Part shown: positions 9,384 to 20,052 of the stretch, piece by piece
Layout of the letters: each line of letters opens with the position of its first letter
Numbering within the stretch: position 1 is the stretch's first letter
DNA from: an uncultured Spirochaetota bacterium
GTDB lineage: Bacteria; Spirochaetota; Brevinematia; Brevinematales; JAOACQ01
Length of the DNA stretch: 64,000 nucleotides
Reading direction: 5' to 3'
Assembly (NCBI GenBank): GCA_963835575.1
Contig: CAWIGG010000004.1
Coordinates: 864,001 to 928,000, forward strand
The notes under the pieces: generated by a model
What the model was told of the DNA's origin: nothing
What the model saw: only the letters and a program-made list of their open reading frames with translations
The model's database searches: none
Program-made: the position numbers and the translations under genes

Positions 9384-10955
9384 TTAAACCTCCTGCCGTT
9401 TTAAAGCGCGTTTTTTTAACTGGACCTTGATTAAAAAAATAATCAAATAGACAATCAGAAAGACCTGGGTCAATATCAGCAGAATAAACCATCCTAAAAA
9501 AGGATAGGATTCCCATAGCCTGAAAGTGATATTTTTAAGAAGAACCGCATTGAGAAGGTTATAAGTCTCTATGGAGATTATCGCGGCCGATATGATTATA
9601 AAACTGATGAAATGCTTGGAAACAGTATGGACCTTTTTCTGGGAAGGCACCCATTCCAGTTTTCTATTGATGATCATCACAAGAAGAGTATAGAAATAGG
9701 TAAAAGACTGAAGGGTGGAAGCCACAATAGATCCGATATTCACTCTTTTTAAGCGGTATAAAGGCTGTATGAGGAACATAAACAGGAAATACGGAATAAA
9801 ATATACAAAGTAACGGGTATCGATCGTATGATGTTCTATAGTCATCATAACGCTGAATAAAAGAATGACCAGAATTGAGAATGCCTCTGCTATATAATAG
9901 AAAATATTTGAAAGATAAGACAACCGGATAGGAAAGCCGATGGGCGCTTTAAACATTTTTTTGGAGAATAAAAGCCTCATACAGCTGTAGCACCACCGCC
10001 GGTGCTGGTTGAAATAAGCCTGCGGGTCTTCAGGGCTGCGTCCCTGCGCCAATATCAGCGGGATGTACAGGATATAATCCCCGCTGGCGGTAACATTAAA
10101 ACCCGTTTCAAAATCCTCGCACCATGAGACCGGCGCTATTCCGCCGGCCTTTTTGAGGCTTGACCTTCTGTATAAAACATTTGTCCCCACGCATATCGCC
10201 CCATGGAAATTATTGCGGGACGGCTGAATGATCTTGTAGAAATCCTCCTGCAGAGAGGCTGACCCTTTTGTCAGGATTGTGTCTTTGTAATCCGAGTCTT
10301 TTTCCAGAAAAAATTGGGGGGATTGTATGATCCCGGTTTTTTCATCGGAAAAATACGGCAGCAGGTCTTTTAAAAATTCCTTTTCGGGTTTGAAATCGGC
10401 GTCAAATATGGCAATGAATTCTCCTTCAGTATAGCCCATGGCATATCTGATATTTCCGGCTTTTTTTAAAAAACCTTTATCCGGCCTGCTGATATAACCT
10501 ATGCCGAGCTCTTCAGAGAGATTTTTGATTCCTGTGTCTCTGGAATCATCAAGAATAAATATTTTTTTATTTTCATAGTCAACATTCTTCGCGGCCAGGC
10601 AAGTCTGTTTTATAATGGCAATTCCTTCTCCGCTGTAGGGAATGAAGATATCCACGGAGGGCCTGTTTTTATTATCCAGCCAGAATCTTTCTGCCCATTC
10701 CTGATGAAATTGGGGCTGGAATTTTTTATAAAACAGGTTAAAAATATAATGAGTGGTATAATAAAACAAAAAGACCGCTATCAGCGGCGTGAAAATAATA
10801 AAAAAAGCCGTATTGCGGATGCAGAGCAGAATAAGACCGAAGATCATGATTAAACTTGTTAATAAACCAATTATATTGATGATCTTAGTATAGAGCTCAT
10901 TATAATCGGAATAATAGTATTTCATAGGCGGTGATGGACGCTTTGTGTTTTTCAT
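9384..10955 (-). CDS. Processive GT2 glycosyltransferase (cellulose synthase-like)
   Basis: ILDD, KAGN, FDADF, QSPQ, CED and QHRRW (QxxRW) motifs; N- and C-terminal TM helices. Confidence 0.88.
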   Translation of the reverse strand: MKNTKRPSPPMKYYYSDYNELYTKIINIIGLLTSLIMIFGLILLCIRNTAFFIIFTPLIAVFLFYYTTHYIFNLFYKKFQPQFHQEWAERFWLDNKNRPSVDIFIPYSGEGIAIIKQTCLAAKNVDYENKKIFILDDSRDTGIKNLSEELGIGYISRPDKGFLKKAGNIRYAMGYTEGEFIAIFDADFKPEKEFLKDLLPYFSDEKTGIIQSPQFFLEKDSDYKDTILTKGSASLQEDFYKIIQPSRNNFHGAICVGTNVLYRRSSLKKAGGIAPVSWCEDFETGFNVTASGDYILYIPLILAQGRSPEDPQAYFNQHRRWCYSCMRLLFSKKMFKAPIGFPIRLSYLSNIFYYIAEAFSILVILLFSVMMTIEHHTIDTRYFVYFIPYFLFMFLIQPLYRLKRVNIGSIVASTLQSFTYFYTLLVMIINRKLEWVPSQKKVHTVSKHFISFIIISAAIISIETYNLLNAVLLKNITFRLWESYPFLGWFILLILTQVFLIVYLIIFLIKVQLKKRALKRQEV

Positions 10956-11196
10956 AAAACCCCGTTCTTAATTTTTAATAATTCTTATATAAAGCTAACA
11001 AATGTTTGTGAATAAGGCAAAAATACTTTATAAAAAGGATAAATACCTTGTGAATTACAGACAATTTCAAAGCTTCATTTTGCATAGCGGCATTTATTGA
11101 TTATTTAATAATATCAACATACTATTTCTTAATAATTCCATTACTTTGTTGGATTAAAAGTTATAAAGAACCCGGCATTATTATTGCCGCTTCGAG

Positions 11197-11925
11197 CTAA
11201 TGCTTTCTTATAAAACCCTTTATTTCGACCAATGCCTTGTCTCTGACCTCATCCTTTTCCATCAGGATTTCGTGGTATGAACTTTCGAACAGCACTTTCT
11301 TGCAGCCTTTGATCCTTGAGGCCGCCTCATTCATTCCGCCCGGATTGACTATCTTATCGTCCTCTGCCTGCAGGAACAAAACGGGTATTTTGACTTTATC
11401 CGCTTTCTTCAAAGCGGTATTCCCGACGTCCAGACAAACCTTGATCCAGTTAAAATTGGCTCCACCCAGGGTTATTGACGGGTTTTCCGGCACATAATAT
11501 TTTTCCCATAAAAACCAGCGCTGGAAATCCCTTGAATTCAAATTCTTATCAAACTCCGGTACAATTCTGTAGCCCTGCCCCGTCGCGAAAGACTGACCCT
11601 GTCCGAGGCAGACGTTCAAGCCGCTGAACAGCCCGGCGAGCCATTTCGGAAAAGAGCCGGTGTTCATATCGACCAGCGGCGAAGAGAGGATAGCGCCGTT
11701 AAAATCGTCCGGGTATTCTTCTATAAACCGGAGGGCTTCCAATCCTCCCAGGGAATGGCCCAGGATAAAAAGCTTTTTCGGCATATCGGGCTTGATGATT
11801 TTTTCGACAAAAACCCTGACGTCGGTCAGATAATCGTCAAAATCTTTGACATAGAGTTTTTGAGTGTCCGGCAGCAGCCTTTCGGAAAAACCCATGCCTC
11901 TATGATCGAAAATGTATATTGAAAA
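11197..11925 (-). pseudogene. 5'-truncated alpha/beta hydrolase (lysophospholipase PldB-like)
   Basis: GHSLGG nucleophile elbow, D and HEIL triad residues. Frame extends only to FSIYIFDHRGMG before an in-frame stop; the N-terminal part is absent. Confidence 0.65.
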
Positions 11926-12896
11926 TTATTGACATGAAAGGCGCAGCCGTATTGCCCGGCTTCTTTAATACGCATGTCCATAACGCCTATAATGAAAATA
12001 ATTTAAAAACCTGGGCCGGATCGGGGATCACCACCGTCAGGGATTTATCGACAGGCCTGAATTCCCTGGACAGCGCTTTAATTATGCGCGACAGGACTTT
12101 AAAAGACCCATATCTGGCCAGGATCGTATCCGCCGGGACCGGGATAACCGTGCCGGAGGGCTATCCGGTCAGGCAGTTCCATATGGATTCTGTTCTGGCC
12201 GCAACGCCGGAGGAAGCCGGGACGAAAACAGAATGGCTTCTGAATAAAGGCGTTGACGTCATAAAGATATTTCTGGAAAGCGGTAAAATCTTTCTCTATG
12301 CCAATCTTAAATGGCCCGTCCTGACAAAGGAAGAAGTAATCAATATTATAGAAGCCGCTCATAAAAGGGGTACAATTGTCACCGCCCATGTCAGCGATTC
12401 GTCCGATTTGAAGTTGGCCCTGGAATGCGGGGTCGATGATATCGCCCATATGGTCACGGATGAGCTCAAGGATGATGAGCTTGTTAATATAATGGTTTTA
12501 AACAATATCTACTGGGTCCCTACGCTCGAGCTCTGGAAAGGGGTCCATCTGGACAGATATACTACAAATAATCTCAGGCGGTTTATTCAAGCCGGGGGCA
12601 GAACCGCCCTGGGGACGGATTATGCCGGCTATTCCATGCCTTTTCAATTAGGGATGCCTATCCTGGAAATGGAGCTGATGCTTGATGCCGGTATGACGCC
12701 GATGCTGGTCATCATGGCCGGGACAAAAAACGCGGCCCATGTCTGCAGCAGGGAAGCGGTTCTTGGGACATTGGAGACAAATAAGATCGCCGATATCATT
12801 GCCGTCGGCGGCAACCCTCTTCAAGACATTCACTGCCTGACGAATGCCCTGTTTGTCATGAAAAGCGGTGTTATAATAAAAAATACGCTTAAATAA
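11919..12896 (+). CDS. Amidohydrolase family protein, probably 5'-truncated
   Basis: IIDMKGAAVLPGFFNTHVH, GITTVRD, GTD, GTLE..KIADII. Begins at the internal strand just before the HxH motif; no RBS or normal N-terminus. Confidence 0.75.
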   Translation: MKIIDMKGAAVLPGFFNTHVHNAYNENNLKTWAGSGITTVRDLSTGLNSLDSALIMRDRTLKDPYLARIVSAGTGITVPEGYPVRQFHMDSVLAATPEEAGTKTEWLLNKGVDVIKIFLESGKIFLYANLKWPVLTKEEVINIIEAAHKRGTIVTAHVSDSSDLKLALECGVDDIAHMVTDELKDDELVNIMVLNNIYWVPTLELWKGVHLDRYTTNNLRRFIQAGGRTALGTDYAGYSMPFQLGMPILEMELMLDAGMTPMLVIMAGTKNAAHVCSREAVLGTLETNKIADIIAVGGNPLQDIHCLTNALFVMKSGVIIKNTLK

Positions 12897-12911
12897 AAGG
12901 AGGATAGAAGA

Positions 12912-13796
12912 ATGACTTTTTTCAGGAAAGCATTGCTTTTAGCGTGCCTTATTTTCTTTTCAGGAGGATGGTTTTATGCCGGGGAACTTCCTGCCGGCTG
13001 GAAGATCGCGTTCCAGTCAAAATACTCCGATGACAAAAAAATGTATGTTGCCGGGTTTTTAAACGATAAGTTCGGAGTTATGGCCGGTTACGCCGGCGCC
13101 GTTTTCTATACATCGGACGGCGGGAAAACATGGTACGGCGGAAAGAACACTTCATGGTGCCGGTGGGGAATGGACATACTGGATGAAAAAACCGCTTATA
13201 CCTGCGGCAATAGCGGGCATAACCGGATCTCGAAGGACGGAGGCGTTACATGGACGCTTTTGTCGGATTACGGCGGGATGGAACCGGACAATGGAAAGTT
13301 CATTTCTTTTGCCGACAGGGATAACGGCTGGGCTGCCGCACGGCTTAAGCTTGCTTCGACCCGGGATGGAGGGTTGACATGGAATGAAATCGCGCTGCCC
13401 CCGGACTCAAAAATGCTTTATGCCGTAACTCTGCGTAAAAAGGATGAAGGATATATTCTGGACAGGACGGGCCAGCTCTTTGAAACAAAAGACGGCGGTA
13501 AAAGCTGGAACAAAATGCATTTTGAATTAAACGGAAGAACGATTATTCCATTTCCTTTTAACAACGCTGTCGCTTCCGTCGGTTTTTGGGATGAAAAAAA
13601 CGGAAAGGTTATTTTGTTTATGGTCAAACCCGAAAGGCAGTGGGTTTCGTATATAACTTCGGATGGTGGAAAATCCTGGAAGGAAGAAAGCCTTCCAATC
13701 AATACTTTTGGGGCCGTATACCTTTCTCATGACGGAAAAACCCTTTCCATCACGGATACAATAGATAAAATGATAACAGTACTACACCCCCTGTAA
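12912..13796 (+). CDS. Secreted BNR/YCF48-like beta-propeller protein
   Basis: Signal peptide; repeated (T/S)xDGGx(T/S)W Asp-box motifs; aggagg RBS. Confidence 0.85.
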   Translation: MTFFRKALLLACLIFFSGGWFYAGELPAGWKIAFQSKYSDDKKMYVAGFLNDKFGVMAGYAGAVFYTSDGGKTWYGGKNTSWCRWGMDILDEKTAYTCGNSGHNRISKDGGVTWTLLSDYGGMEPDNGKFISFADRDNGWAAARLKLASTRDGGLTWNEIALPPDSKMLYAVTLRKKDEGYILDRTGQLFETKDGGKSWNKMHFELNGRTIIPFPFNNAVASVGFWDEKNGKVILFMVKPERQWVSYITSDGGKSWKEESLPINTFGAVYLSHDGKTLSITDTIDKMITVLHPL

Positions 13797-13817
13797 GTAC
13801 CAGACTATCAAGTAAAG

Positions 13818-13842
13818 CGGCCTTGTTTTAAAAACAAGGCCG
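13818..13842. terminator. Probable bidirectional terminator hairpin
   Basis: cggccttgtttt-a-aaaacaaggccg between convergent genes. Confidence 0.65.
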
Positions 13843-13904
13843 TTATTTTATAGAATATCAAACAGCTCAATTCAGGAATAATAAACTTCTGAAAGAAAAG
13901 GTTT

Positions 13905-14000
13905 TTAAAATTTTATAAAGTGGCCGAGCCAGAACATAAAGGCAACGGCAAAAACATGCAGAATCCACCAGCCCAGCTTGAATAATAATATCTTACTCAT
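13905..14000 (-). CDS. 31-aa membrane microprotein
   Basis: MSKILLFKLGWWILHVFAVAFMFWLGHFIKF; gggagga RBS right after the upstream stop codon. Not in the ORF track. Confidence 0.7.
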   Translation of the reverse strand: MSKILLFKLGWWILHVFAVAFMFWLGHFIKF

Positions 14001-14011
14001 ATAATCCTCCC

Positions 14012-14479
14012 TTATTTCCACAGAATGTGGCCGAGGTAATACACTATGCTCAGGGCAGCCAGATGCACTCCCCAGTAGCCCATATTCGGGTAGCGGAAAA
14101 AGCGCCCCTTATGCCGCGGCGCATCAAGATTATTGGTGTTTGTCATCTCCAGATCAAACAAAAGCTTGCCGATGAAAAACACGCCCCAGAGTATAAGAAT
14201 GTCAGGCAATATAGGATGCTTAACCAATCCATAATGCACCATTGTTATGGTGCCGATGATAGCAAGCATTCCGTTGGTCAGATAGGCAAAGGGAATGAGC
14301 TTTTTGAAGCAGAACATCGTGGAAACAACCAGGACGCTGATGATCCCGGCGAAAAACGGAACAAAATTGGCCGGAAGCTTCTGAATGGGGTGAATCCCCA
14401 GATGAAGCAGAAAACCGCCCAATGAGATGCAAACCAGTGTAGTAATGAGAACAATCTTCAGGTATTTTTTCTGGACCAT
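14012..14479 (-). CDS. Hypothetical multi-pass membrane protein, His-containing helices
   Basis: About five hydrophobic segments; ggagg RBS. Confidence 0.8.
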   Translation of the reverse strand: MVQKKYLKIVLITTLVCISLGGFLLHLGIHPIQKLPANFVPFFAGIISVLVVSTMFCFKKLIPFAYLTNGMLAIIGTITMVHYGLVKHPILPDILILWGVFFIGKLLFDLEMTNTNNLDAPRHKGRFFRYPNMGYWGVHLAALSIVYYLGHILWK

Positions 14480-14808
14480 ATAGACCTCCCTTTTTAATGT
14501 TTATCAGGTGTTTTTAGGATTTGTATAGATTCAGCCTCATTCCCGCCAAATTATATAAAAAAATGAATTATAAACCGGGATAAAGGAAAATAATAATCTT
14601 CCGGCTGTTAGTCAAACAGCTTTTGTTAAAAAGCATATTGAAAATTATATTGATAAGAATTTTGCAGACCGGTTTCAGGTCATTTGGAATTTATATTTGA
14701 CATTTGCTGTGTTAATTCATACCTTTCTATATATATTATTAATTTGCATTATTATGAATCTTTTTTTATGATTTTAGACTTAACAGTTTATATTACAGGA
14801 ATTTTTGC

Positions 14809-16197
14809 ATGTGGAATTTTATGAAAGTCTTTTGCAGTTTATTATTATGCTTATTTATTGCCGGATATATCTATCCCGGTGATGTTTTAACCCTGACCCT
14901 CAGCAATGCCCTGGATCTGGCATTAAAGAACAATCTGGACGTTCTTCAAGCCGATAAAGATGTCCGTGTGGCGGAAGCTCTGGTGGGGCAGAGCTATGCC
15001 GATTTGCTCATTCCTACTGTTACCGCATCGGGCAATTTCAGTTATCTTGACCCGAAAACGGCCAGCAAGGGAGTTGTCACCGAGCCCTACGGGTCGCAGA
15101 ATGCTGTCATCACAAATACTTTTCCGGACAACTATTCAGGAGCATTAGGCATTACAAAACCGCTTTTCCAGGGATTCAAATACTGGAACGCCGCTGTGAC
15201 GCAGAGGCTGAACCTTGTCCTCGCGCAGAACAAGCTGCAGGACACTATAAAGAACGTTCAGATGACCATCATGACGAATTTTTATGATCTTTTTCTTTAC
15301 CGTGAAAATGTCCGGATCAACAATGAAATCGATCAAAACCTGAAAGGAAAAGTGGACTCCGCCGAGATCAGCAATAAAAGAGGCATGATATCGGAGCTGG
15401 ATTATTTGAAGGCCATACTTCCATATAAAACAAATATCCCCAAGCTTACCAAGGCAAGGCATGATGAAATTTCCGCCAAAGTCGCGCTCTGTGATTCTCT
15501 TAATTTAACTAATTATGATGGAGTGGAATTTATCGGGAGTTTTCTGGATATTACCAATTATGCCGGGGAAGAGACCAATGAAGAGTATCTTTTTATTGAA
15601 ACTGTTTCCAACGATATTACCCTCCAGACGATTGTCTATAATATCGACAGCGCGAAATTGACCAAACAGACGCAGGAATGGTCCCGCCTGCCGTCGTTAA
15701 CGGCCGGTTTCAATTATGATTATGATTATAAGAAAAATGATTTTTCTTCATTTGATAATACACGGTACTGGCAGCCTTCCTGGACATTTAATTTACAGCT
15801 TTCCATGCCAATCGATGATCTTCTGCCTTTTTCCTCATCGGCAAAAAATATTGAGTCTCAGGATGAAAACATAAAAAAACTGGAATTTTCGCGGCAGAGC
15901 CAGGTGAATACCTTAAGAGAAACTGTAATAACATCACTCCATCAGATAGAGGAATTGAAGGAAACGGCTCAAAGCCAGGCCGATAACCTGGAAATCGCGC
16001 GGAGAACACTGGAGATGACAAAACTGCAGCTGGGAAGGGGTAACGTGACCGGGCTTGATCTTCAGGACGCGCAGATCAGCTATGACCAGGCCCTTCTGGC
16101 GTATTACCAGTCTTTGTACGATTATATTTCTGCGGTTTTGAAGCAAAGGCGGACGAGCGGATTAAGCTTGTTCGGAAAGAGTTTTCCGAAAACATAA
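14809..16197 (+). CDS. TolC family outer-membrane efflux protein
   Basis: Signal peptide, LTLSNALDLALKNN, two OEP repeats; heads an efflux operon. Confidence 0.88.
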   Translation: MWNFMKVFCSLLLCLFIAGYIYPGDVLTLTLSNALDLALKNNLDVLQADKDVRVAEALVGQSYADLLIPTVTASGNFSYLDPKTASKGVVTEPYGSQNAVITNTFPDNYSGALGITKPLFQGFKYWNAAVTQRLNLVLAQNKLQDTIKNVQMTIMTNFYDLFLYRENVRINNEIDQNLKGKVDSAEISNKRGMISELDYLKAILPYKTNIPKLTKARHDEISAKVALCDSLNLTNYDGVEFIGSFLDITNYAGEETNEEYLFIETVSNDITLQTIVYNIDSAKLTKQTQEWSRLPSLTAGFNYDYDYKKNDFSSFDNTRYWQPSWTFNLQLSMPIDDLLPFSSSAKNIESQDENIKKLEFSRQSQVNTLRETVITSLHQIEELKETAQSQADNLEIARRTLEMTKLQLGRGNVTGLDLQDAQISYDQALLAYYQSLYDYISAVLKQRRTSGLSLFGKSFPKT

Positions 16198-16221
16198 ACT
16201 GTGAGAAGAGAGGAAGAGGAT

Positions 16222-17478
16222 ATGAAAAAAAGAACTTTGCTGATTATCGGCATTGCGGTTGTTATTATCGCCGCCGTTGTTATATTCCTGAATCTGCCCC
16301 ATAAGCAATATTTTCAGTATGTGAATATTCAGAGAGGGGATATAGAACAGACAATAGCCAGCACCGGTAACCTTCAGTTTGATAAAACGAATAATGTCAA
16401 CGCGCAGATCGCCGGGACAATTGCCGGGGTTTATACGGATTTTAATAAAAAGGTTTATAAAGGCCAGCTTCTGACCAAGCTTGATGATTCCCTTCTTGCG
16501 GCGGCTGTGGATGAAGCAAAAGCCAATCTGGATAACGCAAAAGCGCTGCTTATAAAAGCCCAGCAGGATTATGATGATGCCAAAGCCCTTTTTGATCAGA
16601 AATTTAAGGCCCAAACGGACCTGAATACGGCCGCGAATACCCTTGTAAGCGCAAAGGTCGCGGTTGAAACGATGCAGGCGGAATTGGAAAAAGCGCAGAT
16701 CAATTTGAAATATGCTTATATCCGGTCCCCCATGAACGGTTTTGTTGTCCAGAAAAACGCCGAAATCGGCCAGGTTGTCAGTACCGGAAGCATTCCTCTT
16801 TTCATCATCGCTTCCGACAGGTCTAAAATGCAGATCCTGGCGGCGGTCGCCGAAGGGGATATCAGCCAGGTAAAGCGGGGAGAAAAGTCCCGTTTTACAG
16901 TGCAGGCCTACAGCGATAAAACATTCAACGGCACTGTGAGCGATATTTATCTTCAGCCTGTCATCATACAGAATGTCGTCAATTTTACTGTTGTCATAGA
17001 TTTTATTGATAAGGAAGGCCTCCTTATGCCTGGAATGACGGCCACAATCGACATCGTCACGGATTCGAGGACCAATATTTTAAAAATCCCGAACAGCGTC
17101 CTGAAGTTCCGGCCTACACAGCAGATGTACAGGCAGTTCTTCGGCAATGCCACGAATAATAATATGAACCGGTTCAGAGGAACAAACCAGGGAATGGCAA
17201 ACCGCCAGACCGGCCAGCAAAGTATGAGGACAAACCAGCAGAACGGGACGGTACTCTGGATTTCGGATGAAAAAACCGGCAGGGTTCAGCCTGTAAGGGT
17301 TAAATTAGGAATGTCTGACGGCCAGATGACGGAAATAGAATCGGACAGAATCAGCGAGGGGATGAGCGTCATCAGCGGCCTGTCCAATCAGAACGGCCAG
17401 TCCGGCCGGAACATAAGTCAAAGTACATCGCCCTTCCAGGGTGCTTTTCCGGGCGGCGGCGGCATGGGCATGCGCTAA
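16222..17478 (+). CDS. MacA-like efflux periplasmic adaptor
   Basis: N-terminal TM, lipoyl/hairpin (IRSPMNG), LMPGMTA; ATG at 16222 after gagga. Confidence 0.9.
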   Translation: MKKRTLLIIGIAVVIIAAVVIFLNLPHKQYFQYVNIQRGDIEQTIASTGNLQFDKTNNVNAQIAGTIAGVYTDFNKKVYKGQLLTKLDDSLLAAAVDEAKANLDNAKALLIKAQQDYDDAKALFDQKFKAQTDLNTAANTLVSAKVAVETMQAELEKAQINLKYAYIRSPMNGFVVQKNAEIGQVVSTGSIPLFIIASDRSKMQILAAVAEGDISQVKRGEKSRFTVQAYSDKTFNGTVSDIYLQPVIIQNVVNFTVVIDFIDKEGLLMPGMTATIDIVTDSRTNILKIPNSVLKFRPTQQMYRQFFGNATNNNMNRFRGTNQGMANRQTGQQSMRTNQQNGTVLWISDEKTGRVQPVRVKLGMSDGQMTEIESDRISEGMSVISGLSNQNGQSGRNISQSTSPFQGAFPGGGGMGMR

Positions 17479-17490
17479 AAAGAGGATAAA

Positions 17491-18222
17491 ATGAAAGATA
17501 ATGATGATATAATCAGAACAACCGGGTTGACAAAAATATACCAGGCGGGCGAAGTCCAGGTTGAAGCGCTGAAAGGCATAGATATGGTGATCCGCCGGGG
17601 GGAATTCACGGCGATCATGGGGGCTTCCGGTTCAGGTAAAAGCACATTGATGAATATTCTGGGCTGCCTGGATGTCCCGACAGCGGGGGATTATTACCTT
17701 GAGGAAATCCGTGTGAACACCCTTTCCCATGACGAGCTGAGCGATATCCGCAACAGAAAAATCGGTTTTGTGTTCCAGGGGTTCAATCTTCTGGCCCGCA
17801 CCAGCGCGCTGGCAAACGCGGAGCTTCCGCTTCTTTATAACAGGAATAATGAGGGGCATGACCCGGAAAAAAGGGCCATTCAGGCGCTGGAACAGGTCGG
17901 TTTGAGGGACAGGATGCACCATTTTCCCAATCAGCTTTCCGGAGGCCAGCAGCAGCGCGTGGCCATAGCGAGGGCGCTGGTCAATAACCCGGCCCTGATC
18001 CTGGCGGATGAGCCGACGGGAAACCTTGACACTAAAACAAGCGTGGAGATCATCGCCGTTTTTCAGGAATTGAATAAACAGGGCATCACGGTGGTCATTG
18101 TCACTCATGAGAACGATATCGCGGAATACACGAAAAGGATCATCGAATTCCGGGACGGAATTATCATGAGGGACCATAAAAACCCGAAGCCGAGAAACGC
18201 TTCGGTGGAAACCGGCAGATAA
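17491..18222 (+). CDS. MacB/LolD-type ABC ATP-binding protein
   Basis: [34 protein letters not shown]. Confidence 0.95.
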   Translation: MKDNDDIIRTTGLTKIYQAGEVQVEALKGIDMVIRRGEFTAIMGASGSGKSTLMNILGCLDVPTAGDYYLEEIRVNTLSHDELSDIRNRKIGFVFQGFNLLARTSALANAELPLLYNRNNEGHDPEKRAIQALEQVGLRDRMHHFPNQLSGGQQQRVAIARALVNNPALILADEPTGNLDTKTSVEIIAVFQELNKQGITVVIVTHENDIAEYTKRIIEFRDGIIMRDHKNPKPRNASVETGR

Positions 18223-18238
18223 GGGCGGCGGAGGAATT

Positions 18239-19456
18239 ATGCGGCTGCAGGACCTTTTAACAATCGCATTTCAATCCATCTTTAAAAATAAAATGCGGAG
18301 CTTTCTAACCATGCTCGGCATCATCATCGGCGTCGGCGCCGTGATTGTTATGGTCTCCATCGGTCAGGGAGCTCAAAAGCAGATCAAGGACCAGATCCAG
18401 GGCCTTGGGGTCAATCTGCTGACTGTTTTTCCTGTCGCGTTCAGGCAGGGCGGCGTCAGTTACGGCGGAGGATCACTTTCGCGCCTGACGGTCGACGATG
18501 TGAATAAACTCAAAAAAGAAAGCACGCTCCTTGCCGGTGTTTCCCCGGTCATCCGCACGAGCGCCCAGGTGATCGGCGGCTCAGGGAACTGGAGCACTTC
18601 TATTATGGGTGTTTCCCCTGACTATCTGATCATCCGGGACTGGAGCTTATCGAGCGGCAGCCCGTTCACGGATAATGATGTCCGGGCGCAGACAAGGGTA
18701 TGCCTGATCGGTTATACTGTTGCCACAAATCTTTTCGGCAGCAGCGACCCTGTTAACCAGAGGCTCAGGATCCGAAGCGAACCTTTTAAAATTATCGGTG
18801 TGCTTTCCGTTAAAGGCCTGGCAGGCAGCGGGGTCGACCAGGATGATGTTATCCTTGGCCCGTACACGACAGTCCAGAACAGGCTCAGCCAGAACCGGTA
18901 TATCCAGCAGATCCTCTGCAGCAGCGTTTCCGCGGAGCAGATGGATAATGCCCAGGATGAGATCCGCTCCTTATTGCGGGAAACCCATAAAATCCCGGAA
19001 GGGGCCGATGAAGACTTTACCGTCCGGAACCAGGCTGATGTGATCAATACGGCCAATCAGACCACGGGGATACTCACGGCGTTTCTGGCCGCGATCGCCG
19101 GGATTTCGCTCCTTGTCGGCGGCATCGGGATTATGAATATTATGCTTGTTTCCGTTACTGAAAGGACAAGGGAAATCGGCATACGGATGGCCGTCGGCGC
19201 GAGAAGCCTGGACATACTGATGCAGTTTCTTGTGGAAGCCGTTGTACTTTCTCTTACGGGAGGGATCATCGGTATTATACTGGGCTTTTTAGTCACTGTT
19301 TTTATACAGGTTGTCTTTAACTGGTCCATGGTATTCTCTTTTCAGACGATTCTATTGTCGTTTGTTTTTTCCTTTATCGTGGGCGCGTTTTTCGGTTTTT
19401 ATCCCGCAAGAAAGGCATCATCTTTGAACCCGATCGACGCTCTCAGGTACGAATAA
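18239..19456 (+). CDS. MacB/FtsX-type ABC permease
   Basis: RSFLTMLGIIIG, GGIGIMNIMLVSVTERTREIGIR, PIDALRYE. Confidence 0.95.
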   Translation: MRLQDLLTIAFQSIFKNKMRSFLTMLGIIIGVGAVIVMVSIGQGAQKQIKDQIQGLGVNLLTVFPVAFRQGGVSYGGGSLSRLTVDDVNKLKKESTLLAGVSPVIRTSAQVIGGSGNWSTSIMGVSPDYLIIRDWSLSSGSPFTDNDVRAQTRVCLIGYTVATNLFGSSDPVNQRLRIRSEPFKIIGVLSVKGLAGSGVDQDDVILGPYTTVQNRLSQNRYIQQILCSSVSAEQMDNAQDEIRSLLRETHKIPEGADEDFTVRNQADVINTANQTTGILTAFLAAIAGISLLVGGIGIMNIMLVSVTERTREIGIRMAVGARSLDILMQFLVEAVVLSLTGGIIGIILGFLVTVFIQVVFNWSMVFSFQTILLSFVFSFIVGAFFGFYPARKASSLNPIDALRYE

Positions 19457-19468
19457 ACACATTTAAAC

Positions 19469-20052
19469 GACCCCAATTCGGCAGGATCAGCAGGATTTGT
19501 CAGGATTCTTGGAATAAAATTTCACAGGAAGACGGGAAGGCACGAAGGGAAATTAACGTCACTTTATTTTTAATTGGAAATGTTCATCATAATTTCTTTG
19601 TGGTAATATCCGATGGTGCACACGGATGATGCAGGTAATGTGGATTTGCACGGATCTTGGGATTGGGTACGACTGAGGTAACCACAGATTTCACAGATTA
19701 CATAGACAGGGAGCGAGGAATCGGAGGAAATTGTTTTGGAGTTGCGCACTGTGAACAAGGTATAGCCTCCTCCTAAAATCCCTATTCACAAATGTCCTAT
19801 ATCATATCCGGCTTCGAATAAAACTTTACAGGCATCGTTAAGTAATACTAAATCCTATAAATCCGCCTTCATCCATGCAATCTGTGTGAAATGGGGTCGC
19901 TCATTAAGCTTTAATAAAACAAAAAGGACATCTCAATCAAAATCTCTCATCTACCGGGCGTAGCCCCCGATTTCAGTCCTTTCCGTGAAATTCTGTGGTA
20001 GACTTCGCGTTTTCCTGTATAATTCTAAAAAAAATCCTGATTTATTGGGGTC
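19469..20052. repeat. Nested mosaic of inverted periodic-repeat pairs with no cargo gene
   Basis: gaccccaatt..caggatt / aatcctg..ttggggtc; cacaggaag..cgaag / cttcg..ttcctgt; accacagatttcac / gtgaaattctgtggt; cacggatga / tcatccatg. Homologues at 27.5, 29.4, 38.7 and 48.0 kb. Confidence 0.75.

Noticed and set aside
17140..17250. Asn/Gln-rich stretch in the MacA-like adaptor
   Set aside because: Low-complexity linkers at this position are common in the family.
19469..20052. CRISPR array
   Set aside because: Repeats are short, degenerate and inverted, with no constant repeat-spacer period; no cas genes.
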